Part shown: positions 52,065 through 64,000 of the stretch, one piece after another
Position numbering within the stretch: position 1 is the first letter of the stretch
Layout of the letters: each line of letters starts with the position of its first letter
NCBI GenBank assembly: GCA_964016885.1
Contig: OZ024742.1
Span: 255,192,001 to 255,256,000, forward strand
From: Eledone cirrhosa
Taxonomy: Eukaryota
DNA: 64,000 nucleotides
Reading direction: 5' to 3'
Notes under the pieces: generated by a model
What the model was told of the DNA's origin: nothing
The model's database searches: none
What the model saw: the letters and a program-made list of their open reading frames with translations, nothing else
Program-made: the position numbers and the translations under genes

Positions 52065-52265
52065 GATAAGGTACACATTTCTTTGTGTTAATGAATGGTA
52101 GATCACAAGCCACTGCGGTGAAATAGTGTTCAATTGATAAGGTACATATGTTTTTCCTGTGATTGAAAGGTATAGACAGTATGCCATTGTGATGAAATAG
52201 TGTTCAATTAGTAATATATACATGTCTTTCATGCCAAAGAGTGGTAGATTGCAAGCCATCGTGGA
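52065..52265 (+). repeat. Degenerate ~62-70-bp tandem repeat x3
   Basis: Recurring GATAAGGTACA..GGTAGA..AGCCA..GTGAAATAGTGTTCAATT. Confidence 0.6.
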
Positions 52266-53629
52266 AAGTTAGAGTTTCAAAACAATATCAGGTTTAAAAT
52301 AAGTCTGGTTGATCTCCATTTTCTGTCAACAAAGAATCATCATCATCATCATCATTTTTGTACCCTTTCCATGGTCGCATTAGTTGAGTGGTTTGCCATG
52401 GTCTAAAACCAGACAGGTTGGATCGACCCATCTTTTTCATACAATCTACATTTGGTATGGCTTCTACAGCTGAATGCCTTGCCTCATGTGAACCACTTTA
52501 TAAGGTGTACTGGGTGTGTTTTTTGTGATACCATGACTGCTACTTTAAAAAGTTGACTGGGTGCATTTCATCATAGCACCAACGCTAACACTTTACAGGG
52601 TGTAATAAGTGAATTTTATAAGGGCATCAGCACTGGAGAGTTTGACACATGCCAAACCAGATTGAAGAGTCCTCACAAACCCTACATTGTCTCTGTTGAT
52701 TGCTAAACACTATAGCTTGTAGAAGATATTGTAATGTCTAACTTTTAATACAAAATCTCATGAACCCACCTCTGATTTTATGATATAAAACTATTTTAAA
52801 GTGTTTATATTTATCTAAAACTTTTCCATCATAATTTTATGTAAGAATCAATTTCATAAAAAGAAAATTATTAAAATTACTAAATGCTTCCAAACACTTG
52901 ATTATTTTAAAACTTATTTTCAATCATAGGCAGTGTATTTCATTAGAAATATGGTAAGTAAAGGGTTAATTATAGGCATTGTATTTCGTTAGAAATATGG
53001 TAACAAAATGGATATTGTCCTTGGCCAAGTGGCTCGGCAAGTTGAACCTTTATCTTGGTATCAATAGTATTAAGCAATTGAAAGAAGGAGACTTTGGCCC
53101 TCTGTTGAATAGATCAAATATTAGCAACCACCTGGTGGGAAAAGGAGATAATTGATAGCAATCTGGCCAAAGTTACTTCTAGGTATAGAAGTAAATTTGG
53201 TTTCCTATTTAGACGAACATCTTCCAACATGATTCTATGTTAGAACCATATGTTACACTCATCGTCTCAAGGTAGTCTGTGTAGTGCACTTTACATCATC
53301 AACATCACCATTTAGCATTAATTCTTCCATGCTTGCATGGGTTAAATGGGTCGTACATGCCGGTAGGCAGGTCTGTCCATGGTTGGCCATGTCGCACCTT
53401 GCTCCGGCGGGGACTATAAATTTGGCCGGGTATTTTACAACTTGATGCCCATCCTAACATGAACCTCATTTACAATGTGGGACTGGATGGCCAGTTGGCC
53501 ATACAAAACACCTCTCACAAAGGAACATGCGTTGGGTCCTGACCCATCTCACAGTGGAGCCATAGTTTTGGAGCCTGATACTGGAAGGCACTGATACGAG
53601 GAGCCTGACCCACATTACAGCATAAATCA

Positions 53630-53785
53630 ACCCCAGTACGTTACTAGTACTTTATTTTATTGAGCCTATAAGGATGGAGACAAAGCTCAACTTGGTAGGA
53701 TTTGAACTCAGAATGTAAAGTATGTAACTCTATGCCATGAATCATGTTGTCCAATGTTCTACCGATATTGCCAATCCACCACCCT
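53630..53785 (-). mobile_element. Family A SINE, old degenerate copy
   Basis: GGATTTGAACTCAG..TACCGATATTGCCAATCCACC. Confidence 0.7.
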
Positions 53786-54384
53786 TAATTAATAATATGA
53801 AAAAATTGTATATGAATAGATAAATATGTGTTGCCTTCATTGCATCATCACCCCAACGCCACCACTACTATTACTACCAACAGCATCAACAACAACAACA
53901 CCAACATCACCTCCATCAACAATAACATCACTATCATCACCACCTGTACCAACAATAACACCAGCACTACAACCAGCAATAACAACAAAGAAACAAATAT
54001 TGTGTATTCATCAGAAATATGTTTCCAGAGGCAGTTTAACATTCTATTACAACATTGTTTAGCCTAACATAAGAATACATTTCTGCTTGATGTAGTCATT
54101 ATACCACTTAGCATTAAATTCTCTATACAAATCATATCTGAGTTAAAATTCAATATTTTGTTTGCCATTTTCTCCTTCTAGCATATAATTCCAATTTACT
54201 ATTTCTGTTATTTATGAGATATTTTTTCTTCTAATTCAGTTAGTGCACTGCATCCTTTAGCTAGTACTGGAACATGGTATATCACTGTGTTGTAACATAT
54301 GTACAGTTGGTATTGTTATATGGTATATCACTATTATGTAACATATGTACAGCTGGGATTGTATATGTGTAACATACAAGCCTA

Positions 54385-54577
54385 GGCCAAAATGTTCATA
54401 AGCTGACAATGTAAGAGTGATGCTAGGGCTGTGAAATCTTGCATGCATTAATTTCAATTCTTCTAATTGATAACTGACATTGTTTCTTTCCAGGGACTAT
54501 GTTGGAAAATAAACCTCATTTGGTCATTCCATGAGAGTATCTTGGTCAGCCTATGAACGTTCAGCTGACCCACGTAT
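54385..54577. mobile_element. Mariner-like MITE inserted in a ~46-bp minisatellite (54273-54660)
   Basis: Homologous to 21312-21491; ends CAGCTGACCCACGTA; flanks repeat ATGGTATATCACT..CATATGTACAG. Confidence 0.65.
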
Positions 54578-55368
54578 GTACAGCTATTTTATCATGGTCT
54601 ATCACTATGGTGTACCATATGTATAGCTGGTATTTTATCATGGTATATCACTTAGGTGTAATTTTCATAGGCAAATAGCATATGTTGTCATAAAAATATT
54701 CAGATAAATATTCCACCACACAGACACTCACACCTGTGTCTACCTGTTTTCTTGCATCCCAATATGAACTGGAATGATTAGTATCAACCTTGATACACTG
54801 AAACCTAAGTGATTACCAAAGTTTGGCTGAGGATGAGAGACTGTCTATTTTTCCATTGTTTTTGTCCTGTTTTGCATATATATATATATATATATATTAT
54901 AGAAGAAAAGTTAAGTATTCATGATAAATCAATACAAGTGATTCATCTATAAATATAGACGACCTATCATACGACATAATTGCCAAAGTAATAAGAATCA
55001 AAACTTTAACTGACATATAAAAACCGAACCAATGAAAATAAAACTATATGTGAGACATAAAGAGATACACATATATTATATATAAGAGTTGCAGTCATTC
55101 AGATATTAAAACAAGTAATACAAGATTCTGGCAATGATTTGGAAATGTATAAATTACATTATACAAATGATATTTTCTGATATCTGCAAACATTAATAAA
55201 ACATATTAACATAAGTATATACATACATAAATACATACATATATACATACATATATACATATGCATATATACGTATATATATACATATACACAAACACAT
55301 ACATATACATATACACATACATATACATATATACACACACACATATATATATATATATAAATATAATT

Positions 55369-55936
55369 ATGTATACGTACATACATATATATATACAGAC
55401 GTACAGTAGTATGTATATACATACATACATGCACACATATATATATGTATGGGTTTACCGAACATTTATTATAATGTTCGGTTTGTTTGTAAACAAACGC
55501 CCCGAATTAAACCGTACAGTGTTTGGCAACCATCGTTGCCCTTTTGTTCAACACTGACAAAGGAACGATGAACTAGTTTCTAGCTTATTAGCTGTCATCA
55601 GCACCGTATACCTTCCTGTCAGTCGATTGAACGTTTGAAAGTATATACTTTCGTTATGCACATTAATGTTCAATCGACTGACAGGAAGGTATACGGTGCT
55701 GATGACCGCTAATAAGCTAGAAACTAGTTCATCGTTCCTTTGTCAGGGTTGAACAAAATGGCAACGATGGTTGCCGAACACTGTACGGCTTAATTCGTGC
55801 TGTTTGTTTACAAACAAACCGAACATTATAATAAATGTTTGGTAAACCCATACGTACATATATATATATATGTGTGCATGTATGTATATACATACTACTG
55901 TACGTCTGTATTCATATATGTATGTACGTATACATA
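55369..55936. repeat. ~570-bp fold-back with ~30-nt spacer
   Basis: Arms about 55369-55635 and 55665-55936 are reverse complements with few mismatches; spacer holds GAAAGTATATACTTTC palindrome. Confidence 0.95.
55680..55744 (+). ncRNA. Type I hammerhead with extended stem I (mirror on - strand at ~55556-55620)
   Basis: GACAGGAAGG tat ACGGTG CTGATGA C(C/A)GC taataa GCTA GAAA CTAG TT CATCGT TCCTTTGTC; ACUAGU palindromic stem III. Confidence 0.72.
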
Positions 55937-56054
55937 CTTATATTTAAGTATAAGTCGTACTAAGAGTGAGAAATGAAATTTCATTTTTACCATTTATATA
56001 TATATATATATAGCACTTGCTAGCCGAGAAAAACCAATGTTAGATGATAATGAT

Positions 56055-56160
56055 AATTGTTTCTACTATTGGCACAAGGCCAGCAATTACCCAGTACATT
56101 ACTGGTACTTTATTTTATCGACCCCGTAAGAATGAAAGGCAAAGTTAACCTCGGCGGGAT
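56055..56160 (-). mobile_element. Family A SINE 3' half
   Basis: Homology to 58730-58835. Confidence 0.8.
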
Positions 56161-56801
56161 AATGATGATATATATATATACCAAGTGCTGTTGCAGCCCT
56201 CTTTCTCAACTCTTCCATGTGTCATATCCTAGATGTACTACGTATTAAGGGAAGGGGGTGCTGAAGGGTGACTGTCCCACTTCATGTCTGGATAGGCACC
56301 TAAAACCCTCAGCAATAGCATGATACATAGTACCACGTCATACTCAATTGCAAAGGATCTGGCTGTAGTATATATAAATGGACATATATATGTTGATGGG
56401 TTAAGGTGCAGCAAGTTGTTATTTTCTATATCAATATAATTTTATTTGTATATTCCCACTCCCAATTTTTCAATATATCAGTAGATTTGCTTCACAGCTT
56501 GTGAGTGAGCTATTTTTAGCAATCCTCCCAATATTCCACTGTCCCAGACTGTCACAGTTACTGTCGCAGTTGTCATATCAACACATGAGATGCTGTATCG
56601 GATGAAACTTAATTATGGACAGTTAATGTCTTGTCTAAGAAATAAGATGACTTACTGGTGAAGGTCAGCTTCTTAACATTATCTGTAGTAGTGTCCTCTG
56701 TTTTTTGTATTTTAGCAGCAAATATACACCAAGAGATGTGATGCAATGAGTCAATATCTGTGATATCAATATAATTTCATATCTGTGTGTATATATGTAT
56801 A

Positions 56802-56960
<159 letters not shown>

Positions 56961-57187
56961 AATAATTGAAGATACATATACATACATATAAATATGTCTG
57001 TCTTTGCTCAATTAATGAATTAACTAAATAATTAATCAATTAGTCAGAGCATTATAAAATCATAAATAGGTAAATTAATTAAGTAGTTGAGGTAATTTTT
57101 TATTTTATTTGCTTTGGCTATTTATGATTATATATATATATATATATATATAATTCAAAATCCAAAAAGACCTAGGAATTATTATTA

Positions 57188-57578
57188 GGCAGTATCGGTA
57201 GAGTGTCTGACACCATGCTTTGCAGCAAAGAGTTACGGCCCTTTATGATCTGAGTTCAAATCCCGCCGAGGTTAACTTTACCTTTCATCCTTAGGGGGTT
57301 GATAAAGTAAATTGCCATTAATACACTGGGATAATTGATGGCCTTGTGCCAAAAGTAGAAACCATTATTATTATTATTGGATTGGCAGTATCGGTAGAGT
57401 GTCGGACGCCATGCTTTGACGCCATGCTTTGACGGTCCTTGCCATTCTGAGTTCAAATCCTGCCGAGGTTAACTTTGTCTTTCATCCTTACGGGGTCGAT
57501 AAAATAAAGTACCAGTAATACACTGGGGAATTAGCTGGCCTTGTGCCAAAAGTAGAAACAATTATTATTATTATTATT
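57188..57578 (+). mobile_element. Two tandem family A SINEs, the second starting in the ATT tail of the first
   Basis: 57188-57377 and 57378-57578. Confidence 0.85.
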
Positions 57579-58202
57579 AATTATACATTGCTACAGGTGT
57601 TTCATTGTGGCTAGAGTATCACATCAATTGTGGAGATAAAAACAGATAACATCAGAAAAATTTACTCCATTACAAGTGCATTACTCAAAACAGTATTTCT
57701 TCAGGAAATATAATAAAAAATAACAATAAATTCATTAATATCAAGACAAATTATCAAGATAATACAGGTAATATGCATTCAAATAGGATGGAATTATAAA
57801 TTTATAAATACGAAATCATAAGCTTGGGTATATTTTTAGACATGCAAAAAATAAAAATTATCAGTTTTATTTCACACATATGTTAAAACTGTTAATTGGT
57901 TATAGCAAGAATTGTTAAAAAGATGTTTTAGGAGGTATATGGTAGTGCTTTTCATTCTTTAAACATTTTATCCTAGAAAGATTTGAAGATGTTTAGAAGA
58001 TATTACATTAGTTAAAGATCTCATGCAATTGTAAAGTAACATTGAATTAATGCAGTAAATTTTCTTTTTCTCATAGATATATATTCCCCAAGCATATTTA
58101 CACATTCATCTATTATTTTTCTGATCATGTTTTAAAGAAACATTGCACCATAGGCCGGATGTTTTCAAATATTTTAGCACGTAGTCATTTAGAAGACCGT
58201 TA

Positions 58203-58390
58203 GGTGGATTGGAAGTATCGGTAGAGGGTCGGACGCCATGCTTTCCAGCATAGTTACGTCCCTTTACGATCTGAGTTCAAATCCCGCCGAAGTTGACTTT
58301 GCCTTTCATCATTACGGGGTCGATAAAATAAAGTACTAGTAATGCACTGGGTGATTGCTGGCCGTGTGCCTAAAGTAGAAACAGTTATTA
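58203..58390 (+). mobile_element. Family A SINE
   Basis: Full-length homology. Confidence 0.88.
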
Positions 58391-58729
58391 ACCAGTGTTA
58401 GTTCATTTAGGATTCCTAATATTAAATATTTTAACGGTGTTTATCAAGTATATTACTACATATCAATAAACTGTTTATATTTATTACTTTTAAAGAAAAC
58501 ATTTACGAAAAAACAAGGGTTTGTTATGATTTAGTACAAAATTAAATTAAATTTATATTGATGTGTCAAATATCGTTATTTACCAGTGTTAGTTAATTTA
58601 CGGTTCCTTATTTGAATATCATTACAATGTATGTCAATCATAATATAATAAAGGGAGGAATGCGGGATTGTGTCCTGAATATATCTGTTTATCCTGTTAG
58701 TAAAATAAGTTGGATTACTTTGAATAAAT

Positions 58730-58917
58730 AATTGTTTCTACTTTTGGCACAAGGCCAGCAATTACCCAGTGCATTACTGGTACTTTATTTTATCGACCCC
58801 GTAAGGATGAAAGGCAAAGTCAACCTCGGCGGGATTTGAACTCAGATCGTAAAGGGACGTAACTATGCTGGAAAGCATGGCGTCCGACTCTCTACCGATA
58901 CTGCCAATCCACCGCCC
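58730..58917 (-). mobile_element. Family A SINE (young, consensus-like)
   Basis: Nearly identical to 30581-30768. Confidence 0.9.
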
Positions 58918-59159
58918 AAAATAAATAATGAATAGATATTACATAATTTATGTACTAAATATTGTAGCTGCTGATTACACATAAATATTCTTATATATAA
59001 TTATTGCTTATTTTAAGCATGGCGTCCGACTCTCTACCGATACTGCCAATCCACCGCCCAGAATAAATAATGAATAGATATTACATAATTTATGTACTAA
59101 ATATTGTAGCTGCTGATTACACATAAATATTCTTATATATAATTATTGCTTATTTTAAG
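58873..59159 (+). repeat. 142-bp tandem duplication
   Basis: 58873-59014 repeated at 59015-59156 with one visible mismatch; AAG microhomology. Confidence 0.9.
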
Positions 59160-59335
59160 ATTCACTTCTTTTAAAATTTTCAAACGCTAATACTTCCGGT
59201 TGTGTTATAACATACGCTATATCATATCGCTTATATAAACGTTTATATATTTCCATCATAATGTTTATATTTCTGTCACTAATTTTCGTCTTTTTCGTTT
59301 TCATTACATTTCACTGTAATGCAGTTTATATATAA

Positions 59336-59370
59336 CTAGCAGAATGGCCCGGCGTTGCTCGGGATTCTAA
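59336..59370 (-). mobile_element. Helitron-like 3' terminus (element extends rightward, 5' end not located)
   Basis: Minus strand CCCGAGCAACGCCGGG hairpin, 7 nt, then CTAG|T. Confidence 0.55.
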
Positions 59371-59572
59371 ACATAGATTGGCATGTGTATCCCTCCTTTA
59401 TGAAACAGTACAGAGAAGTACGGAATACCTCGGCCTCGGGATGGTTTCTACATTTTGTGCTTATAAAAGAAATTCGTCGTAGATTACCAGGGTTTTTATC
59501 CGTGCGAAGAAAATCAATACTTTTGTTTATATTTTGTTACTGTGTATGCAAAAATATCTGTACACGAATATA

Positions 59573-59643
<71 letters not shown>

Positions 59644-59777
59644 TAAAATAACAGATTAAAGTTTAAGCAAAGAATCGCTGCTTTCACCCTTAACGGGATC
59701 TTCTGAAACTAAAAAAATCAATCTGTGAATGCAGAAGTAAATATTTCGAAAAACGTTACACACACTATATATATATA

Positions 59778-59824
<47 letters not shown>

Positions 59825-60031
59825 TAAACGGAATAGAAAATGCTGACAAATTGTTCACAGTTGAAAAATAGTTTAATTAGGAATAAAAGAGTATTAGTAA
59901 TTGTATGGGTTAGTATTCAGTTGTGGTTTTAAGTTTTTAAGTTTTTACCAGTTACGCATTTCTAAATGCTTTTCAAGAATGGCGTAGGACAGAACAAAGG
60001 AGAGGCACAGAAACAAAGAAAGGAATCCCGA

Positions 60032-60074
60032 GTCACTGAAGAGGTCACAGAGTGTGTGACGAAAGAACTATGAC
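60032..60074 (+). ncRNA. Minimal hammerhead upstream of the Penelope ORF
   Basis: GTCA CTGAAGA G GTCACA gagtg TGTGAC GAAA GAAC TA TGAC; stem I GUCA/UGAC. Confidence 0.72.
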
Positions 60075-60186
60075 AATATATAAACAACTATCTGGTTGTG
60101 GAACCAACCAACCAACCAGAAATTTATAAATTTATTATAATAAATTGAAGTGAAAGCAACTGGTGCGTGTGTTTCTTATTGGCAAC

Positions 60187-63100
60187 ATGACCCTCCCAAA
60201 GTATAACAATATCGGTTTCAACACACGATTTCAGATAAAGAATCTTGCTAAACAAATTCAGAAACGAAATATCGTAAGCCTTAGCCAGGCTAATAAGATA
60301 CTGAAAACCACCATGTTCTGTTGTCTACGAAAAACCATAACATCTCGACAACTACACTTCATAAAAGAATGTGCCTCGTCCCAAGTTTACACCAACACCA
60401 TCAACACCGACGTAAGAAGATTACAACTCACCAAAAAACCAGCAGATAGGCTAAAACGAACACTAATTCTAAACATAAAAAAGAAGATCTATAGAGAATT
60501 AAGTCATCAAGAAAAACATAAGCGTAACCTAATACAAGAAATAGCTAGGATCACCACACCAAGAGAGAAACTAATATTTATAAGCCTTATACGTCCTGAA
60601 GAATACATTACTCAAGAATGTGATAAGCACTTTAACAAGAAACTAACGTGGCTTAAGCAGATAAAGCTAAATCAGGATACTATAGAGAATACCAATAGAT
60701 ATCCCGACAAAATTGACGGTATAAATATGGCCGACACCTCATTAACAGATGAGTTCAACAACAACAACAACACAAATACATACGGCAACACAATAATAGA
60801 TGACGATGAATTATCTGTATTACAACTTCCACCTAAGTATGCGACATTCAAGAAGGTAAATATGATTAGTTGTCTGTCAGAAATAGAAAAATAATTTACA
60901 AAACTACGCTGGAGCCTCAAAAACAAAAACAAAAACAAAAGCAACAATATACGCACACACATATACAACACACATCCCAACAACAACAGACACACAGACA
61001 CAAACAACAATAACAACAACACACACACCAACAACAACAACAATAATAACAAACCCAGAAACAACAACAACAGACACGCAGACACAAACAACAATAACAA
61101 CACACACAACAATAATAACACACACGGAGACAACAACAACACACATCAACAACAGCACACATCAACAACAACAACACACACACATTCAATGCCTCTCACC
61201 ACCACCACAATCTTAACAAACACACAGACACAGAAAACAAGTAATGACAGTAGCACAGAAATCACAGAAATAAGGGAAAGTAATAGGATTAAAAGGAGAA
61301 GGGAGACTAAGGACAAAGAAAATAACCAAGACGAACACACAGACACACAAAATAGGGTAGATAACAACAATGAGCCAGTGGAAAGAGACAGGAGTAATTA
61401 TGAGAGACATAGAAACAACCATGAGGCTGTTGGTGGAAATAGAAATAGAAACAACACAACTAACAATAACAGTAGCACTAGTACACATAAAGCAGCAGCC
61501 TGGAACTCTAGTTTTTATAATCCCTCCGATAAATTGTTCGACCTGCGACGAGTCCACGCCACGACTTTACCATTTAATAAACGCACGCAATTGCCGTCGC
61601 AGGTCGATGAACAAACAGAAGCACAATTTAGTATAGCTAGATCCGAACTTAGAAATATTATAGAACAGTATAGCAAGAAGCATAATAGAATGGAGGCCCA
61701 GCAACTGGGAGAAAAATCTGCAAATGGCTTGCGTAAGCTCATGCAGCGCTCGCGTAATGGAGAGATAGCATGCTTTCCAACAGACAAGTCTGGCAGAATG
61801 TCGATTGACAGCCTGCCAAACTGCATCCAGGCAATGCAACCCCACATCACTAACACAAGAGAAGTAACACCACAGGAGCATGAGGATAGAGAAAAAGCCC
61901 TCAATGCCCATATGGTGATGTGGACGAATATAATGCAGCCCAACAAAAGGACTGCCAACAACTTCCAGGCCTGGAACAATAACGTGCCGGCGTTGTATGG
62001 GCTTCGAAAAGACCATAAAACGGGCAGTGACCCTGTCGCGGGACCACCAACACGGCCAGTCTGTGGAGCTAACATTGCTAGTAACTACAGACTGTCCTAC
62101 TTCCTCTCCCTGATCATACGCCCCATCATCGAAATGTCCCCAGATGTATGTGACAGCACGGAGGACCTCCTCAGCAGAATCGGCGTGAGTAACCGATCTA
62201 GGGACCTAACAAACTGCATAATAGGTAGTATGGATGTTGTGTCCCTGTATCCATCTATTGACGTGGATTTTGCTGTGGAGAAATGCGTAGAAATGATCAG
62301 TGAGAGCAATGTTGAGTTCCGTGGGATTGATACCAGTGAGCTGGGACTCCTACTTAAACTTACCTATAGTAATAATTACCTAGACACATATGACCTTAGC
62401 AACCTGTGCCCTACAAGACCAGCAAGAGGCAGACCACCTACCATTACCTCAATGGCCAAGAAAACCCACACAGATAAATGGAACGGGTGGACCAGAGCCA
62501 TACGGACACCCGAAAACCACGATGAACTGAAGAAAATTATTGCACATGCGGTAGGGGCCAGCATAAAACTAACCCTTAAGGAACATATGTTCAAATTTAA
62601 TGGAAAAACATATGCACAAGAGGAAGGAGCAGCCATTGGTGTTAGCATTGCAGGCGACATAGCTAACTTATTCATGGTATGGTGGGACGGTAGACTTAAA
62701 CTTAAGCTTAAAGAACAATTAGAAGACCCCTTAACCCTGATAATGTACTCCCGCTACGTTGATGATATAAACATCGTAGTTAAGACACCCCCACTAGAGA
62801 ACAGTCAGGAACTAGAGAAAAACACAATGGAAAGCATCCAGCAAATAGCTAACTCCATCCACCAGAGCATTAGAGTTACTATAGACTACCCAAGTAAACA
62901 CCCCAACCATCGATTACCTGTACTAGACACAGAGCTCTGGTTAGATACCATTAATAACAAAAAACAAATCCTCCATTCCCATTATACCAAACCCATGACT
63001 TCCAAACATCTGATCCACCGAAACTCGGCCGTTTCGGACCATACCAAAATCAACATGCTGATTGCGGATTTGGTACGGGTGATGAGAAACGTGTCCCGCA

Positions 63101-63885
63101 TGTGCAACCCCGAAGAACTAGAGAGACACATACAACACTTCATACACCGTATGCAGTTCTCTGGCTACAATCAGAGAGATAAAATCAGAGTGTATAGAGG
63201 AGCCAGAACCAAATGGGAAAAAATGGTAAATAATGACATAAATGGGACCTGCCCCTTGTATAGGAGCTAATTTTGGAATAGAATAGAAAGAACTAGGAAC
63301 AAGGCTAATAGAATAAACTGATGGTATGATAGCAATAAATACCAGAGTGTAATGTTCATCGATACAACCCTTAGAGGTGAATTAGCTTACAAATTTAGAA
63401 GGGCCCTAAATAAACATAAACTCAATATTAAGATAGTAGAAAGACCAGGTACCTCCTTAAAAACACTTATTAGCAAGACATACCCTTTTCAAAGACCCTC
63501 ATGTATAGATAAGAAATGTATAACCTGTAAAATAAACCCCCATATTAACTGTAAAACTAGAAATGTAGTGTATAGCATAAGATGTACTGAAGGACAATAT
63601 AGAGACAAAAATATAGTGTACATAGGTGAGACAGCTCGTAGTGTAAGGGAACGGATAAATGAACACTGGCGAGACCTTCAAGATAATAAAGAATCATCTG
63701 TGCTCTACCAACATGCTAAAATAGAACACAAGGGTAAATTAGAGAACATAGAAATAAAAATAGAATCTACACACAGAAAAGACGCAATGTTTAGACAAAT
63801 TACAGAGGCAATAAACATAAAAGAATTACAACCAAAATTAAATAGAAAATATGAGTGGAACAGCAACATCACAACTTACAATTAA
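60187..63885 (+). pseudogene. Penelope-like element polyprotein (RT + C-terminal GIY-YIG endonuclease), one frame with three premature stops
   Basis: ORFs 60163, 61189 and 63352 share one frame; stops at 60892, 63268, 63319; TDKSG, LYGLRKDHK, RPV, SMDVVSLYPSI, GAAIG, RYVDD, VLD, CX4CX2C..C, NVVY..YIGET..R..EH. Confidence 0.92.
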
Positions 63886-64000
63886 GGACAAAATGAAAAC
63901 ACACACATAGAACAAACAACCAACCAGTAACATGTAAATAAACAAATAAATAAATGAACATAAACACACACAGACACCCGGATGTGGCGCATGCGCAGAC

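Larger units (their letters stand above)
59822..64000 (+). mobile_element. Penelope-like retroelement, near complete, 3' end runs off the window
   Basis: Starts after (TA)n; hammerhead-bearing leader plus RT/GIY-YIG ORF. Confidence 0.85.

Noticed and set aside
63319-63321. In-frame TGA in the Penelope ORF as selenocysteine (some Naiad elements encode selenoproteins)
   Set aside because: Two TAA stops also interrupt the frame, the position is not in a Cys motif, and no SECIS is visible within the window

Overview
AT-rich, repeat-saturated animal genomic DNA with no recognisable host gene. The SINE/RTE repertoire and (TA)n/(CAT)n load suggest an octopod cephalopod (inference). Left 13.5 kb: one (ATT)n tract that starts as a tRNA-SINE tail and hosts a rearranged R4/Dong-type RLE retrotransposon plus two tandem Tx1/L1-group LINEs. 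Next come a DD37D (maT) Tc1/mariner pseudo-element, many RTE LINE fragments, two tRNA-SINE families, MITEs and two Penelope-like elements (a relic at ~26 kb and a near-complete one at 60-64 kb). Two observations stand out. (1) Four unrelated fold-back elements at 46.7-55.9 kb each carry a type I hammerhead ribozyme in both arms, pointing outward into (TA)-rich tracts, with atypical cores (U3:A8 covariation, C.A-closed or branched stem II, palindromic stem III). (2) A SINE fragment at ~2.4 kb has 11 A-to-G changes and lies inside an apparent 5'-inverted retrotransposon insertion, which looks like ADAR-edited RNA written back into the genome. All alignments and folds were done by eye; coordinates of degenerate repeats are approximate.
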